Below are positions 40,624-59,817 of a DNA stretch of 64,000 bases, piece by piece. The position numbers and the translations under genes are program-made. A model generated the notes under the pieces. That model saw nothing but the letters and a program-made list of their open reading frames with translations, was not told where the DNA came from and did no database searches. Position 1 is the stretch's first letter; the number at the start of each line of letters is the position of its first letter. Source of the stretch: the human T2T-CHM13v2.0 reference genome, Homo sapiens; assembly GCF_009914755.1 (NCBI RefSeq), contig NC_060936.1; one strand, given 5' to 3'.

Positions 40624-42714
40624 ATTATACTACAATTCAACAAGTATAGGTGCTCCGGGCCCTCATTCATATATCCAAAGGGAAAAGCCAGTCTTTTCCA
40701 GGGTCCCCTTCTAAATATTTCTGGTAAGCACCTCCCTAGTTGTTCATATGACCTGATCTTCGTTTGCCACAGCCATTGGCCAAGCTGGACCTATATGACT
40801 CCTCTTTTTAATGCACCCAACAATGTTAATAAATAATTTCATATAGATTTCCTTCCCTTGTCCTCCCTTAAGCCACTGACTGCTGTTACCATCATACTGG
40901 CCTCAGTGTGAGGACAAACACTGTCTCACCTGTTTCTCTGCATGCCATAAGTGAAAATACCTCACCCAAACATGGAATGGACCCTTGCTTTAATTTCCCA
41001 CAACACGTCTAAAGACAAGACTCGGCAGTATTCCATTAAAGTCTAGAGGTGATGAAAACACAGAATAAATTACAGTTATCATGATATAAGGCTGCTTTGG
41101 AAGAGTACTAGTCCAGGGCCATCCTTGAAGAGTCCCAATCACAGGGTACCTCCTGGTCTGGTTTCTGTCTTGCCTCTATATGGCTGGGGCCGGGTTACTC
41201 TTACCACATAGAATGTTTTCAAGTCTGTCTATTATCAGAGCCCTGGCTTGCTATCCAAGTCTCATTTAAGGAAGGAGTCCCTTGCTCACTTCAACTTAAG
41301 ACTGAATTTCCCAGACTTATTTCCTTTCCCTCGCTAAGAAAAAGTATTTAAAATCTAGGATGTAAAAGGATGACTGCGCCTTCTTCTTGAGGCCTAAAAA
41401 AGCACTAACAGGGCTGCCCCAGGTTTATCTAATTCTCTAAGATTATACAGTTTCATTTGATTTACTATTTACTATTGATAGAGTACCAGACTCTGTGCAG
41501 TAAGATATTAACCTTCAGAAGGCTGTTAAATTGCAAATGATTTTTATCTAGTTGAGTTGCAAATAATTTCTATCTTATAGAAAACATAACCCTAAAGGTT
41601 ACTTGTTTTGGTCCTGGAGCACATTAAATCATTTTGTATTTAATTTAGCAACATAATTTCAGCATTTTTCCTCTTTCTGTAACTATACATACTTTGGTCT
41701 TTTCTATACTACTTTGAACCAATTTATCCTTTGGTTTAATTCCTCCTTAAGGTTTTTAATGTGAGCTCACTTTATGTTTTTTGAGTTACATTTTTATCTT
41801 TTAGAAAATTATACTTTGACAGTCTTTTTTTCACATGATTAATGAAAACGGAAATGGTCACTTTCTTCAGAGCAAATATCACCACCAGGTTTACAACTGA
41901 TATTTGTGGGACCTGGAGAACATTGCAAATGTAGGTTCACATACAATATGACTAAATAGGTACAAGTTAGAAATCCGAATTTCAGACTACTACATGAAAT
42001 ATAGTACACTGTTCTTTTTTAACAAGCATCCCTTTATAATGAACACATTGAAAAATATGTATTAAACTTTAGTAACTCTTTATTATTAAAGGTCAAAAAA
42101 TGTTTTAAATGACCAAATTTAAATTATTATAACATGTTCCTGGCTGCTTCATTAAAAAGAGTAAAGTATTTGAATGGTTAATAAGCAAAGCATATATACA
42201 TATATTTATCAGTCATTAAGTATTTATTTTATATATTATTTTTATTGCATTCATGTCAACAAAGTTACTTATATATTGTTATAATCATGGCTTTCACATA
42301 ATTTGTATTCTTTTGACAGTAAGACAAAATTAGACAACCTTTTCTGAATCATCAAAATGCTTAGGGTTTGTTTTAATAACTTCATTTTGAAAAAGTATCT
42401 GAAATTGCTAATAAAGCTATAAAGCAATATTTATATTTGAAACTACCCTACAAAATGATATGTTCAAACATTGTAATAAGGGTAACATTTGAAAAATTAA
42501 CACTTTACAGAAACTATCACATAAATAGTTCAATTATATACTTTTATATTACTTATATCAAGATTTTTACCCTCATAATGTATCATCTAAAACTATACAT
42601 GTTTCTTCTTCCTAATTCTTCAATGCTAGAATAGTATAAAGAAAATTTAAAATAGAACTATATGACTCAAATCTTCCTGCATTAGGAGTATACCTTAAAT
42701 TTATAATAGAAAGC

Positions 42715-43020
<306 letters not shown>

Positions 43021-44374
43021 TAGAAAGCATTTTTTTTTAAATAGAAATTAGTTTCAGTTTATTTGTACGTGAATCTTTTTCTTCATCATCATGCAAATAT
43101 TTTTCATTTATTTAATTTCTTCCTATTTTATTAGAAAATCAGTTTTGTTGACATTTTCTCATGCATTTTTTAAGTTTAGAAACATTTTCCCTAAATTTTT
43201 ACATAGTGTACCTTACCCTGTCAAAAATTGAAGTAGCCAACCTTAGATTACTTACCTTTTTAATTGATTGCTGACATTATCAATGGCAAGCAACAATTTA
43301 TACCAAACAACGACAGATAGTACCAATTCAAGGTTGATTTTATTTCTTTCAAAGACCATAGTTCACTATTTTTTTGTTGTTCTTGGCATTTAAAAGATTG
43401 TTTTAATATGTCGAATACCCTATCCAATTATTTATAACAAGCCCAGTGGGGATTTTTGATACGTGATAAACATACTCTGCAATTGAAGTTTATGCAGCAA
43501 ATATACAATTTTGAGCACCACCTGTATAAAATTACAGGTAGATTAAAAATATTAACAAACCTTGAAACCTCAAATTTTCACCACAACAATATACAATTTT
43601 TATACTATTTCAAAGGTACAATCCCATACTTATATATATTGCATGAGATTCTCAGATGTATTATGGAATTTGTCAAGGAAGAATTCTGTGCTTAAGGTAG
43701 GTTCTTTATAATTTAATCTTTCTGGGTCAAGGCATGGACTAATGAACTTCATTTAACAAGATCATGGTTTGGTATAATAGTTGGATAAATATATGAAATA
43801 TAGAAATTCCCCAAATTCCTCCCAAAACAGAACGAGAGCTCTAAGTATCCCCTTTTCTCAGCGCTTCTTGAGTTTAGGGTGGTTTCACTATTCACTCCTT
43901 ATTTGAGAACCTTCTGTTGTTTTCTTTAATTCCTCTAGCATATATTGTTTTAACAGCACATACTTGATATTTCCATAGTTTGTCTGAGAGTGATAATAAT
44001 GTGGCATTTGGTATTTTTATTTTATGAAATATGTCAAAAAATGTTTACACTGTTGGCATAGTTGAAGCCACATTTCTTTCTAGGAGGTCAAAATAAGCCC
44101 ATATATAGTACAAAGAATGATTCTAGCTTTTTGTCTACAATTCTAGAAGTACATATTTGTTTTTTAGAGATGCGTTTAGCACTATTTCATGAGCTTCCCC
44201 TTGACAATTTTTTAACTAACTTAATAAAATGAAAAAATCAACCATTTTTGAAACTTCAATTAAATCCTACTACGTACTTTTATAAAATATAACTATTTTG
44301 ATTTCCAATGTTCAGTGTCCAGCTTAGTACCTCTGAAGATTTGGTATCACACTTTACCCATATTAGGTCTACTC

Positions 44375-44672
44375 AAGCACTGTCCACTAGAAATATAATG
44401 TGAGCCACATAAGTAGTTTTGAACAAATGAAAAAAGTAAAAATAAGGGGTAAAATTTTAATGATATATTGTATTTTAGTCAACATATCTAAAAGCAATGT
44501 TATTTCAATATAAAATCAATATAAAACATTATTAAGATCTATGCCATTCTTTTTTTCTCACAGTAAGTCTTCAGAATTCAGTGTTTATTTTGCACCTACA
44601 GCACTTTGGGCCAGCCTCACTTCAAGTGTTCAGTGGTCACATTGGCTAGCAGCTACCATATTGTAAAGTATA
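44375..44672. mobile_element. MER33-like hAT-Charlie element
   Basis: GCACTGTCCACTAGAAATATAATGTGAGCCACAT...CACATTGGCTAGCAGCTACCATATTG. Confidence 0.8.
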
Positions 44673-45250
44673 AATACAGACCAATGTGAATTCAAATTTA
44701 AGAGAAATATGAATGGTATCATAAAATGTTTTTCAGCCTTCATTGGTGATTCTCACAAATAGTGCACATTTTGAAAGTACTGCTGAGGCTGCAAACTGGA
44801 ACAGGGGGCAAGTAAATGGACACTCAGCACTCCAGGGTAATAGCATCTTGTTAGGCAAGGTCTCGTATGCCTAAGAAAAGGGATTCCACAAGTTAGTTAA
44901 TTTATGTTTTCTCTTTCCATTCACCACTCTTCACCACTCAATTTATCTCCTCAACTATCTCAACTTCAACAGCAGCATCACTCATAAGCCTCCATACCTA
45001 CTAACAGCAGTTGTCTTTGTTTTGACAAGAGATGTGAAGGAGCCTTTCTTGGGGCTTGACTAGTGTTTGTAACATGTAGAGCCCTCTTAAGTGCTGCATC
45101 CACCAATTACTCCTGGTTAAACTTGAAATAATTCTGATCCTCAGTGTCTAAGGCTCTGCTTTTTATTTTCCGAGTAACTGTCCAAAGAAGAATACATGAT
45201 CTTTACAAAAACAAATACTTTGCTACTGCAAATCATCCTGCTGAACCAAT

Positions 45251-45282
45251 CCTCTCTCTCTGTCTCTCTCTCCTCTCTCTCT

Positions 45283-45360
<78 letters not shown>

Positions 45361-45374
45361 GGAGAGAGAGAGAG
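45251..45374. repeat. Compound microsatellite (TC)n-(TG)n-(GA)n
   Basis: Read directly from the sequence. Confidence 0.97.
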
Positions 45375-45647
45375 ATATTTTGGACAAAGAAAAAAACAAG
45401 TCTTCAGAAATAGAGCTGTTATAGCTCTGATTAAAATGGACCAATTAATTGTCCCAATTTTCTTCAAGAACGAAACAGGAGTTAGAGAACTTGTTTTATT
45501 TATGTGTAACAAAATAGCCTAATAAGATGCTCCCTCTTCCCCAACAAAGCAATCAATTCAAATTCCACCATTTCTCTGAAATTCCTTTCCAAACCTCTGT
45601 TTTCTAATTTTATCTGACCTCAGACTATAAGAACAGTGACATTTTTC

Positions 45648-46568
45648 TTTTTTAAAAAATTATTTTTATTTTAAGTTCTGGGGCACATGTACAGCATGTG
45701 CAGGTTTGTTACATAGGTAAACGTGTGCCGTGGTGGTTTGCTGCACCTATCAACCCATCACCTAGGTATTAAGCCCAACATGCATTAGCTGTTTTTCCTA
45801 ATGCACTCCTTACCCCCACTCCACCCCACAACAGGCCCCAGTGTGTGTTGTTCCCTTCCCTGTCTCCATGTGTGCTCATTGTTCAGCTCTCACTTATAAG
45901 TGAGAACATGTGGTGTTTGGTTTTCTGTTCCCGTGTTAGTTTGCTGAGGTTAATGGCTTCCAGCTCCATCCACGCGCCTGAAAAGGACATGATCTTATTC
46001 CTTTCTATGGCTGCATAGTATTCCATGGTGTTTATGTACGACATTTTCTTTATCTAGTTTATCATTGTTGGGCATTTGGGTTAATTCCATGTCTTTGCTA
46101 TTGTGAATAGTGCTACAGTGAACATATGTGTGTATGTATCTTTATAATAGAATGATTTATATGCCTTTGAATCTAAAAGAAACATAAACAAATTTACAAA
46201 ACAAACAAACAAAAACCCAAACAACCCCTTTAAAAAGTGGGCAAAGTACATGAATAGACACTTCTCAAAAGAAGACATTCTTGCAGGCAACAAACATGAA
46301 AAAAAACTCGACATCACTGATCGTTAGAGAAATGCAAATCAAAACCACAGGGAGATACCATCTCATGCCAGTCAGAATGGCGATTATTAAAAAGTCAAGA
46401 AACAAAAGATGCTGGTGTGGTTTTGAAGAAATAGGAACGCTTTTACACTGTTGGTGGGAATGTAAATTAGTTCAAGCATTGTGGGAGACAATGTGGCGAT
46501 TCTTTAAAGATACAGAACCAGAAATACCATCTGACTCAGCAATCCCATTACTGGGCATATACCCAAAG
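45648..46568 (-). mobile_element. L1PA7/8-like insertion with inverted 5' part (twin priming)
   Basis: 3' end on minus at 45648-46169 and an ORF2 C-terminal piece on plus at 46170-46568 ([22 protein letters not shown]...[10 protein letters not shown]); TSD GACATTTTTC at 45638-45647 and 46569-46578. Confidence 0.92.
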
Positions 46569-49500
46569 GACATTTTTCAAAATTGATATCTAAAGTGTGG
46601 TTAATGAATATTTTTCCAAGTAATTCATTTATTCACATAAACATATTTTATACTGCATTTGTTCATTTCACCACCATTCTAGTTGCTAGGAGTAAAATCA
46701 TACAATCCCTATTTTTGGTCTTTTAAAAAGATGCATGTCATTGTCTGGATTATTTATTTGTCCAAGTGAAAATATTTCTGTAGACAAGGTGACTTGGGAG
46801 AACAGAAGAAGGATGTATTAGTCAAGCAGGTATAGCATCCATTCCCAGTGCTATTTCTCCAGGGTAATAAGAATTAAATTCAGTTCCCCATATTAATCTG
46901 TATTCATTTTCCAACTATTGATGACCTTGAAACCATGAAACCACAATTCAATTGGGGGCTGAACCCAGCTGAAACTCCCTTCTAAGAATATGCTAAAGCC
47001 ATAGAGAAAAATAAATTCAACCCACTTGCAGCCACATCTTTACAATTCCCACAACTGTCCCTCTTGCATAAAAATGCTGATTCTGATGGGGGGATCAATG
47101 CATTATCTGTTATTTCTTATAACGTGCATCATCACTCCTCTCTATTTATGGGCAAAATGGTGGATTGAAAACAGCACAATTAATATTAAAGATAGTAACA
47201 TAATGACTTTCAGAAATTGATGCTAAGAATACAATTTGTTAACTTCACACAGCCATTGACTTAACTGTCTATAATTGTAATACAGGAAAGGAGGGTGTGG
47301 GTGTGTTTCTCGGTTTGGGCTCCACAGCTCAGAAAATACACCAGTGAATCCTGGCCCGTGAGGACTTACTAGAGTGTTCAAAAATAATGAACTCAAAAGG
47401 ACAGTGAAGAGGACAAAATCAACAGTATTTATTCTGATTTACTTAAATCAGAGGTGTGGTAAATTAATGTTTTTTTAATTGAAAATATTTATGAAATTTT
47501 ATATGTATTTAAAATAAAAATTGTATTAAATGTTCATTCTATAGTTCCTCAAAAACAATGTTAGCTAAATATATATATATATACACACACATATATACAC
47601 ACACAAACACTCTCTTTAAAGTAGCTCAAAGAATGTTCACGTATATTTTCCCATTTATCTTCATAAGAGTCCCTATGAGATACAGAGGGATTATTATTAT
47701 CACCTCCTTTGAAACAGGGAATGTGAAAGAACAATAGGTTAAATTAATAGTGGCAACCATAAATTGATTTATAGCTTTGAAACCTCGCAAAATAAAATCA
47801 TGCTTAGTTTACAATTTATTTTTAGAAATAATGGCTTCCCGGGTGTTTTAAAGGCATTATTTATCAGCTTAGACTTTATCTGATAATTGTAAAATGTAGA
47901 GGTTTTTCAATTACCCTAGAGGCTCATATTTTATTTCTTGAGATATAATCCACATAAGAAAATAATGCCTGAATGATGTATGCAAATATTAATAGAATTT
48001 TGGTCAATAATTAACCAGTGAAGAAAATTCAACAATTTCTACATAAGCATGAGTACTTGAGGAATTAATTTATGGATAAACGTCAAAAATGCAATTCACG
48101 TTTCCTGGTACAGCTTTACTATTCTAAACATACCTCACAAAATCATTCACTTTAAACTGTGTCATATTGAAAGATTTCATGAGGATGTAAAATGGCTAAT
48201 ATACAATTCAGATTACTTTTATAATTTGGTTCAAATGGAAATATGGGGTGGGGGGACGTCCAATATGTTTTCGTTACAAAAAGAGACAACAAAAACACAG
48301 GCAATAAATTAGTCTCTAAATCTTGCCTTAATAGACTGTCTACTCTTGTAGGCAACCGTTGGGAATGGTTTAATTTATGTCCTAGCCTAAGGGGGTATGC
48401 CAGAGAGACTTTCACATATGTTCCAGTATTTAACTTTTCCCTCTGTCTTCTCCCAGTATTGACATTATCTTTTCTTTGCTAATCTTAACATATAAAAAGG
48501 GTTTTTTTTTTTTTAAAAAAAAATAGGAGGCAAGATGATAGAATCTTTTTTTTTTGCTTTCTTTCCTCATTCTTCCTTCTCTATTTTTTTAAATAAAGAG
48601 GTTTTTTATGTATAATTTGAATACCATGAAAATGTAGGGTTCTTCATCTCCTGAATATAGTTCCTAGAAGAGAACTCTGTAAATGTGCTTCTTTAGCTCC
48701 CTTTAGGAACATGTATTTACTTCTCTTGTGAGGGTATGCACACTCCACATACAGTTTATCCTGTACTGATAAACTATATCTACAGCCATGGAGCTACTGC
48801 TATATCCCATTACATGTTGCAGAATTACTTGAACATAACTGAAAGTTGTATATCAAGGGCAGAATTTGATGGCACGTTGGAGATCGAAGCGTATCTGGAA
48901 TGAGGAAATACATGTAACGTATCTGGCACATTGCCTGAGTAGCACATCGAAAGCACTGAATAAATCCTGGTTACCTTTTCCTTCCCTCTTTCATATTACA
49001 GGTGTCAGCCAAGTCATTGTCCAGCTTGTAAAGCATTACGGTCTGTATTAACATGTGTGAGAAGCACAGAGGGAGAATTTCTAACTTTCTGGGCACTGAG
49101 GCTCAGTAACTGCCCTCGACAACAATGAGAAGCTCAAATCAACTGTATATTAGGCTTGTTGACCATTTAAACTGCACACTGTTAGTTTTTCTGAAGAGCT
49201 GTTTCATTTGCTGTCAACACAGAGCAAAGTGTCTTTGGTACTACAAGGCACTTGAGCTTCTTGTCATTGACTCTTTTTTAAATTTAGTTTTGATAAGAAT
49301 AATTCTCCTTTTCATAAAAGCACTGTGATAAAATGAGGATGTTTAGTGAACACAATGCTGATGACATTTTCAGATCTGAAGTGAATAGGCTTTATATGTC
49401 TCCATAACTAGAGCATCACTCAGAGCCAAAAGCAGAAAATCAGATGGTCTTGTGATTCATCACAGTCCTGAACCCATCTTGTTCAGACGCAAACTATTTT

Positions 49501-49739
49501 GATTGGATTTGGACCAGGCTTGAATATTGGAGATGGAAGGTGGGGGTGCGTGGAAAACTGGAGGGAGCTGATCAGGTTCTCTGTCTGGAATCAACTTGGT
49601 TTACTATTTGGTTCTTCACAAATTCACTGACATCTTTGAGAGCAGTTTTCTGTCTTCTGCTACTTTTGTTTTTGTTTTGTGCAGCACCTATTACAGTATG
49701 AACTCACCTGAAGGAGCCCACTAATATTTCTAAATCACA

Positions 49740-49990
49740 CTAGTAAGATAAAAAGTCTCCCCTGAACACTCAATCTAAGGGGACCCTCCAAGCACTGCAT
49801 AGCCCGTCTATCTATCATATTTCACTTGTTGCCTTTATCACTTTCTGACATTTTCAGTTCATTTGGTTTCCTGTTTATTACCTGGTATCCCCATGAGGGC
49901 AGAGCCCTCAGCACATAGAAAACTGCCTGAATTATTAAAGATATTAAATAGTATAAGTATTTGTTGAATAAATAAATAAATAAATAAGTG
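49740..49990 (+). mobile_element. L2 3' fragment
   Basis: CCATGAGGGCAGAG...TAAGTATTTGTTGAATAAATAAAT. Confidence 0.65.
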
Positions 49991-50478
49991 AAGAATGCTA
50001 AGGTACTTAAGGATTTCCTTTTTAGGAAAGTAATTACCACTGCCAGGCTGGTGTATTTAACTTAGTTTTGAACTATAAACACACCCCTAGAAAATAATGA
50101 AACAGCTCTGCCCCGTCACACCCTTGAGTCTCCTGAAATAATACAAGGAAAAACAGGCTTAGTCTCCTAAAAATCTATGAGTAGTTCCAGCTAATCTTTA
50201 GTTCCATGAAACTGAAACCAAAGGAACTCTGGAATGTATCAGATATTAGGAGTTTGGCTGTAATTGAGTCAAATTAGGAATATGATGAACCAAACAAAAT
50301 GCAATTGATAGCATTATTTTGGGGACATAAAATTATTTATTAGAAGGGTGCTGAACTAGGGATAAAGTCTTTGCGTCATTAGAAGCTACTTTTCATCAGG
50401 AGAAGAGTTAAAACAAATAGAAATAAAGGCTATTCTACTGTTGGTTGTCATCCACCATAAACCAACAATCTCGTAGAT

Positions 50479-50806
50479 CAGGGGTCCCCAACCCCAGGCT
50501 GCAGACCAGTACCAGTCTACCGCCTGATAGGAACCCAGCTGCCCAGGAGGAGGTGAGCAGTGGGCCAGTGAGCATTATTGCCAGTGCGCATTATTGCCTA
50601 AGCTCCGCCTCCTGTGAGATCAGTGCAGGCATTAGATTCTCAGATGCACAAATGCTATTGTGAACTGCCATGTAAAGGATCTAGGTTGTGTGCTCCTTAA
50701 GAGAATCTAACTAATGCCTGATGATCTGAGGTGGAACAGTTTTATCCACCCCCACAACCCTGCCAGTCTGAAACCAGTCCCTGGTGCCAAAAAGGCTGGA
50801 GACTCT
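50479..50806 (+). mobile_element. MER1B-type hAT MITE (second copy)
   Basis: CAGGGGTCCCCAACCCCAGG...GAGAATCTAACTAATGCCTGATGATCTGAG, homologous to 35003-35355. Confidence 0.9.
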
Positions 50807-51109
50807 TCTAGATTGTTACGTATAAATAGGATATGGAGCCTAAAAACTCTTCCTTGTAATTCACATGCATAGTTGTTGGTAAAGAATTTCTGTTACTATA
50901 CTGAAAGAGAAGCTGACCAATAATGTGTGATCAGACTAAAACTCACTGTAGCAATGACCTGCATAGCCAAAGTAGTCAGCCCGATGTGGAATACATGTCT
51001 AGAAAATTATTCTTCTCTGTTTGATCACAAAGTGGTTGATATAATAGGGTCTTTCATTGGACTGAGAGGCCTAATGTCTATTTCAGGTTCAATGTGCCTA
51101 AAGAAAAAG

Positions 51110-51510
51110 TGTATTTGTATTATACAGGAGGTTATTTGCAGTAGTGAACACAAAAATGTTAGTCATTTAAGATAATGATTACTTCTCACTTGTGTTGTAT
51201 GTCACCAAGGGTTAGCCTCGGAGCTCTGCACATCATGGTTACTCAAGGACCTAAATTGAAAGTAATTTCGTTAATTTATCAATAGGGTTCCTATTTCAAC
51301 GTCATGCCTCCCATTTGCCTTAGCAGGAAAGGTGAGCATGAGCATTTGTTCTCCCCTCTGAAATGCTTCTTTCAAAACAGACAAAGAGACTGTCATCCCT
51401 GCTCCTCACATTTAATAGACCTGTGCAGGTCACACAGGCATTCCTAACTTTAATAGAATATAGTTTCTTCTTGTCCATCCAGTAAAGCTTTAGTTATGTC
51501 TGCTACAACA
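51110..51510. mobile_element. Old MaLR (MLT1-like) LTR remnant
   Basis: Degenerate motifs TTACTTCTCACTTGTG, GGTTACTCAAGGACC and GGTCACACAGGCATTCCTAACTT. Confidence 0.5.
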
Positions 51511-51746
51511 GCTCTGAGTATGAAAAAAGTGTTACAATGGAAGCTGAGTGCAGCAGGGTGTCATAATGCAAAAAGAGAACAAAAGACTTAGCAGAAAATC
51601 TAGAGATATTGGTAGCAGAAAAAAAAAATGGGTATGGTGTAGTCAGTAAAAGGGAGCAGTGTCACCTCCAAATCTCCCTTCCTTTTCCTTCATTTAACTT
51701 TTGATTTCTCCTCTTTCTCTCCTTTTTTCTCTCATCCAGTATCTCA

Positions 51747-52364
51747 TGCACACCACAAATAAAATTCTAAGGTTCCCCCTGCCCCAAACATCTGAATGGA
51801 CCCAACCTCTCGGCCAAGGTCATTCCAAAATTAACCTGAAAAACTAGATCAGACCATGATGGGAAGGAGAAGTCCAAGATGCCTCATTATGCCCTTCTTC
51901 CTTTTGGAATTCAAGAAAACCCAACCAGTATTAACATCAACATAGACAGTAAGTCTGATTAGAAACATTTACAATCTATTCTCTCTGAAGCCTGGAGGCT
52001 TCATCTGCTTGATAAAACCTTTGTCTCCACAACCCCTTATTATAACTTAGACATTCCTTCCTACTGGTAACAACTCTTTCAACCAATTGCCAATCAGAAC
52101 ATTTTTAAATCTACCTATGATGTGGAAGCCCTCACCCTCACCACCCCCCGCTTCAAGTTGTCCTGCCCTTCCAGATTGAACTAATGTAAATCTTACATAT
52201 ATTGATTGATGTATTATGTCTCCCTGAAAACAAGCCCTACCCTAATCACCTTTGGGACATGTCATCAGGACCTCTTGAGGCTGTGTCATGAGTATATCCT
52301 TAGCCTTGGCAAAATTAACTTTTTAAATTGATTGAGACCTGTGTCAGATACTTTTGGGTTTACA
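51747..52364 (+). mobile_element. MER4-family ERV1 solo LTR
   Basis: TG..CCACAAATAAAATTCTAAG start; ATTGATTGAGACCTGTGTCAGATACTTTTGGGTTTACA end. Confidence 0.88.
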
Positions 52365-53134
52365 CGCATGTGGGATTAGGATATTGCTAAAAACTTGGAG
52401 GTAAAAAGATGGTGTATTCTGAATACCTAATGATGTTACTCAGATCACAGACCTGGCTCCACCATCATCTCAGGTCCTTTCAGGTTTTGGGGTGATAATG
52501 ACAAGGCACATTCACATGTACTCATTTTCAGGTTAAGAATGTGAGGGCACTTTATCGCTGGCTGTCACTGTGGGTACAGAGTATGGGCTGATCTAATAGA
52601 AGGAGCAGGAATTAGAAATTTATCTCAACAGTCTGTAACACCCCGTTGTATCATTTTCTTCCTTTCAGTGAAAAGATGTATATTTATTGACACATCATGG
52701 TAGCCAACAGACAGGCAAAGAGCATGCGTGGCTCCACCAAGCTATTCTCAAAAGGAGGCCAGTGCCTTTACCTTTTAAGCACCTGAGCTATTGAAAATAT
52801 AGTTCTTCTCTGTCATCACTAGAGAGGCTCAGCTGGTTCACTTCACTTCTTCCCAGTCATACTTATTTAAATACAAACCCAAATGTACATCATCATAACA
52901 AATTACTTATTTTTTAGTCTAAAAGCTTTTTCAAATTTGGTTTGGTGATCATCTAAACAGGATCTTCGTCTATAAGCCATGCCTAAAATATTCACAGGAT
53001 TTTCTCTGATTATAAGTACAAGCTGTATCTAAAATAGTTTACTGTAAAAAATGTAGAATGATATAAAATGAAATGCTATAACACAAAATAAATTACAATG
53101 TGCTAATTTTATTTTAGTAATAAAATTACAAAAG

Positions 53135-53305
53135 TAATAACTAATGTTTTGATGAGCATTTCCTGTGTGCCAGGCATTCTGTTGAGTCTTTTATGTAGGC
53201 ATTCTTATTTAATCATCACGAGAAACCTATGACAGCGTTTCTGTTATTGTCCCCAAAGTGACAAGTGAAGAACCGAGAAATTAAATAACTTTACCAAAAG
53301 TTGGA
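53135..53305 (-). mobile_element. MIR
   Basis: TGAGCATTTCCTGTGTGCCAGGCATTCTG...TTATTTAATCATCACGAGAAACCTATGA. Confidence 0.75.
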
Positions 53306-53648
53306 GACAGGACTATACTCTTTGATATTCATCATGATATATAGCTAATACAAATGCACAAGAAGCAATGAGAGTAGAGGCAAAGTTCTGTCTAAGTTTT
53401 CTGGAAGAAATCACATCAATAAAACCTTTACAGAGAATGTGATATTTTGAGGCAGGACTTGAGAACCCTTAGTAGTTTGCCTGTCCTATAAGCATTCTAG
53501 GCTGAGGGAAAAACATGTTAGAATAATATGAAGTTTAGAGGAAGTAAAGGAAACTAAGACTCAATAGGTTAAAAGATTAAATTGCAAAGTGCCTTTTGAG
53601 CCAAGCATAAGAGTTTATGGATTGTACAACGTAGGTGATGGGGAACTA

Positions 53649-54350
<702 letters not shown>

Positions 54351-54958
54351 TGAAAATGCTTCCTATAGTATTTGGCATGAAGTTGGTTCTTGGGAATTGG
54401 TAGCCTTTTTCTGTACCCATATCATCATCTTTATCAATCTACTTACCTACATACCTCAGTTGTAGTACCAGAATGTATTGCAGATAATGAATTAGACCAC
54501 TGACAAGAAACATAAAGAACAGAAAATAACCTTCTGTGAACTTTTTCTACAGGATAAATAATAGGAACCAAGACCCTTTCTCTCTATATGTCCTCTTTCA
54601 AAGACCCGGTTCTCCCAGAGGAAATCAGAGAAGATCCTACATATTATACATGGGGAGATAGACATCTGATGAAAGCAAGAAGAAAATGTTATGGGCTGTG
54701 GTTTTTCAGGAGGTAGAAAGTAGAGCTTATTATGCCACAGGCCCTAAGATGGTGGACTCAGTAAAAAGCAGGAGTGAAAAAATTTCCTCTTTTGTAAATA
54801 TCTCAGATGAAGCTACAGCAATATCAATGCAAGGGACATGGTAGTATGAGAAAGGAAAATAAATTTTGATAGCTTCCTATAAAAGTTAATGTTTAAAGAA
54901 TCTCATATGTATAATTTTGATTCTATAATACTTAAAAATATGTGTGTGGCATATCCTT

Positions 54959-54962
<4 letters not shown>

Positions 54963-54992
<30 letters not shown>
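54963..54992. repeat. (TA)n microsatellite
   Basis: Read directly from the sequence. Confidence 0.95.
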
Positions 54993-54998
<6 letters not shown>

Positions 54999-56242
54999 TA
55001 CACTTTAATTAGAAAAAACAAACTCTCTAAGTAATGCAAGAAGGAAAATAGTTAACACAAGGAGCTAGAATATTGGGAAAACATTGAGTATGTTGAAAGA
55101 GCAGAGACTAAGAAAAGCCACCTTAACTCTCAGGTCCACTGCAAGCTTTCTGAGAGTCAGGCAACTGCAGTAAACAAGAATTCACTGTGTGTGTTTGTAG
55201 CTGCCTCTAGGCCAAAGGCAGATAATTTTTAGGAGAATTCCCAGAAGCCGTTTCAAAACTTCATATCTGCTGAAGCTCACATATATCCCACTGATGCCCC
55301 AAGAGCAATAAGACATTTTTAGCCTCTCTTAAGCTTTCTGTTTCTCACATGAATGCCTCTCATTGGTAAATCTAGGCCACAATCCAGTTGTGAAAACAGA
55401 ATAAAAGGGAAAAACAGAAGAATTTCTAAATAGTGCTAACTTGCCAAGAGTCAGAGATAGTGATGGAAAATAACTTTTATACTAAACTTGGTACTATATT
55501 ATTCCACTGAAGATAAGATATTCATTAAAATTTTAGCCCAGAACTTTTTAGTTTGTCAAAAGATTATGGAATTTATTTATAATGATATGTGTACTTTCAG
55601 CATATTTCTTTATACATTGTTTTAAACATATGCATACTTCATAGAAGATTAACATGCAAACAAATGTAGATATCAACTAGAATAGTCTTTTCAATGAATG
55701 ATGCTAGAACAAATGGATCTCCACATGTAGAAGAATGAAGTTAAACCCTACCATACACCATATACAAATATTATTCAAAATGGATCAGAGACATAAATAT
55801 AATATATAAATGATAAAAATTACCAGAAGGAAACATAAGAATAAATCTTCATGACTTTTGGATTAGGTAATGCTTTTTTAAATAGAACACCAAATGCACA
55901 AAGAAGTAGGTGAATCCATCCTCATCAAAATGAAAAACTTGGTTTCAAAAGACAGCATTGATAAAGTAAAAAGACCAAAGAATAGGAGAAAATATTTGCA
56001 AATTATAGATATGATAAAGAACTTAATCGAGAATATGTAAAGGAGACTTATAAGTCAACAACAAAAAGATAAAGTCCCAACTAAAACACAAACAAAAGAT
56101 GTAAATAGCCATATCTGCAAAATAGAAACAAATAAAAATATGTACACATGAAAAAAGATTCAAATTAGTTATCAGGGAAATTGAATCAAAACAACAATGA
56201 GATACCAAATCACATACACTGGGATGGGTAAAATAAAAGACA

Positions 56243-59223
<2,981 letters not shown>

Positions 59224-59294
59224 TTCGAAATGTTGGTTAGGATGTGGAGAAATTGGAATCCATAGACATTGCTGACAGGATTATAAAATGGTTA

Positions 59295-59817
<523 letters not shown>

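Noticed and set aside
45141-45522. ORFs with HTHTHT, CVCVCV or ERERER runs (also 17421-18004, 25034-25291 and 60403-60615)
   Set aside because: Translations of microsatellites.
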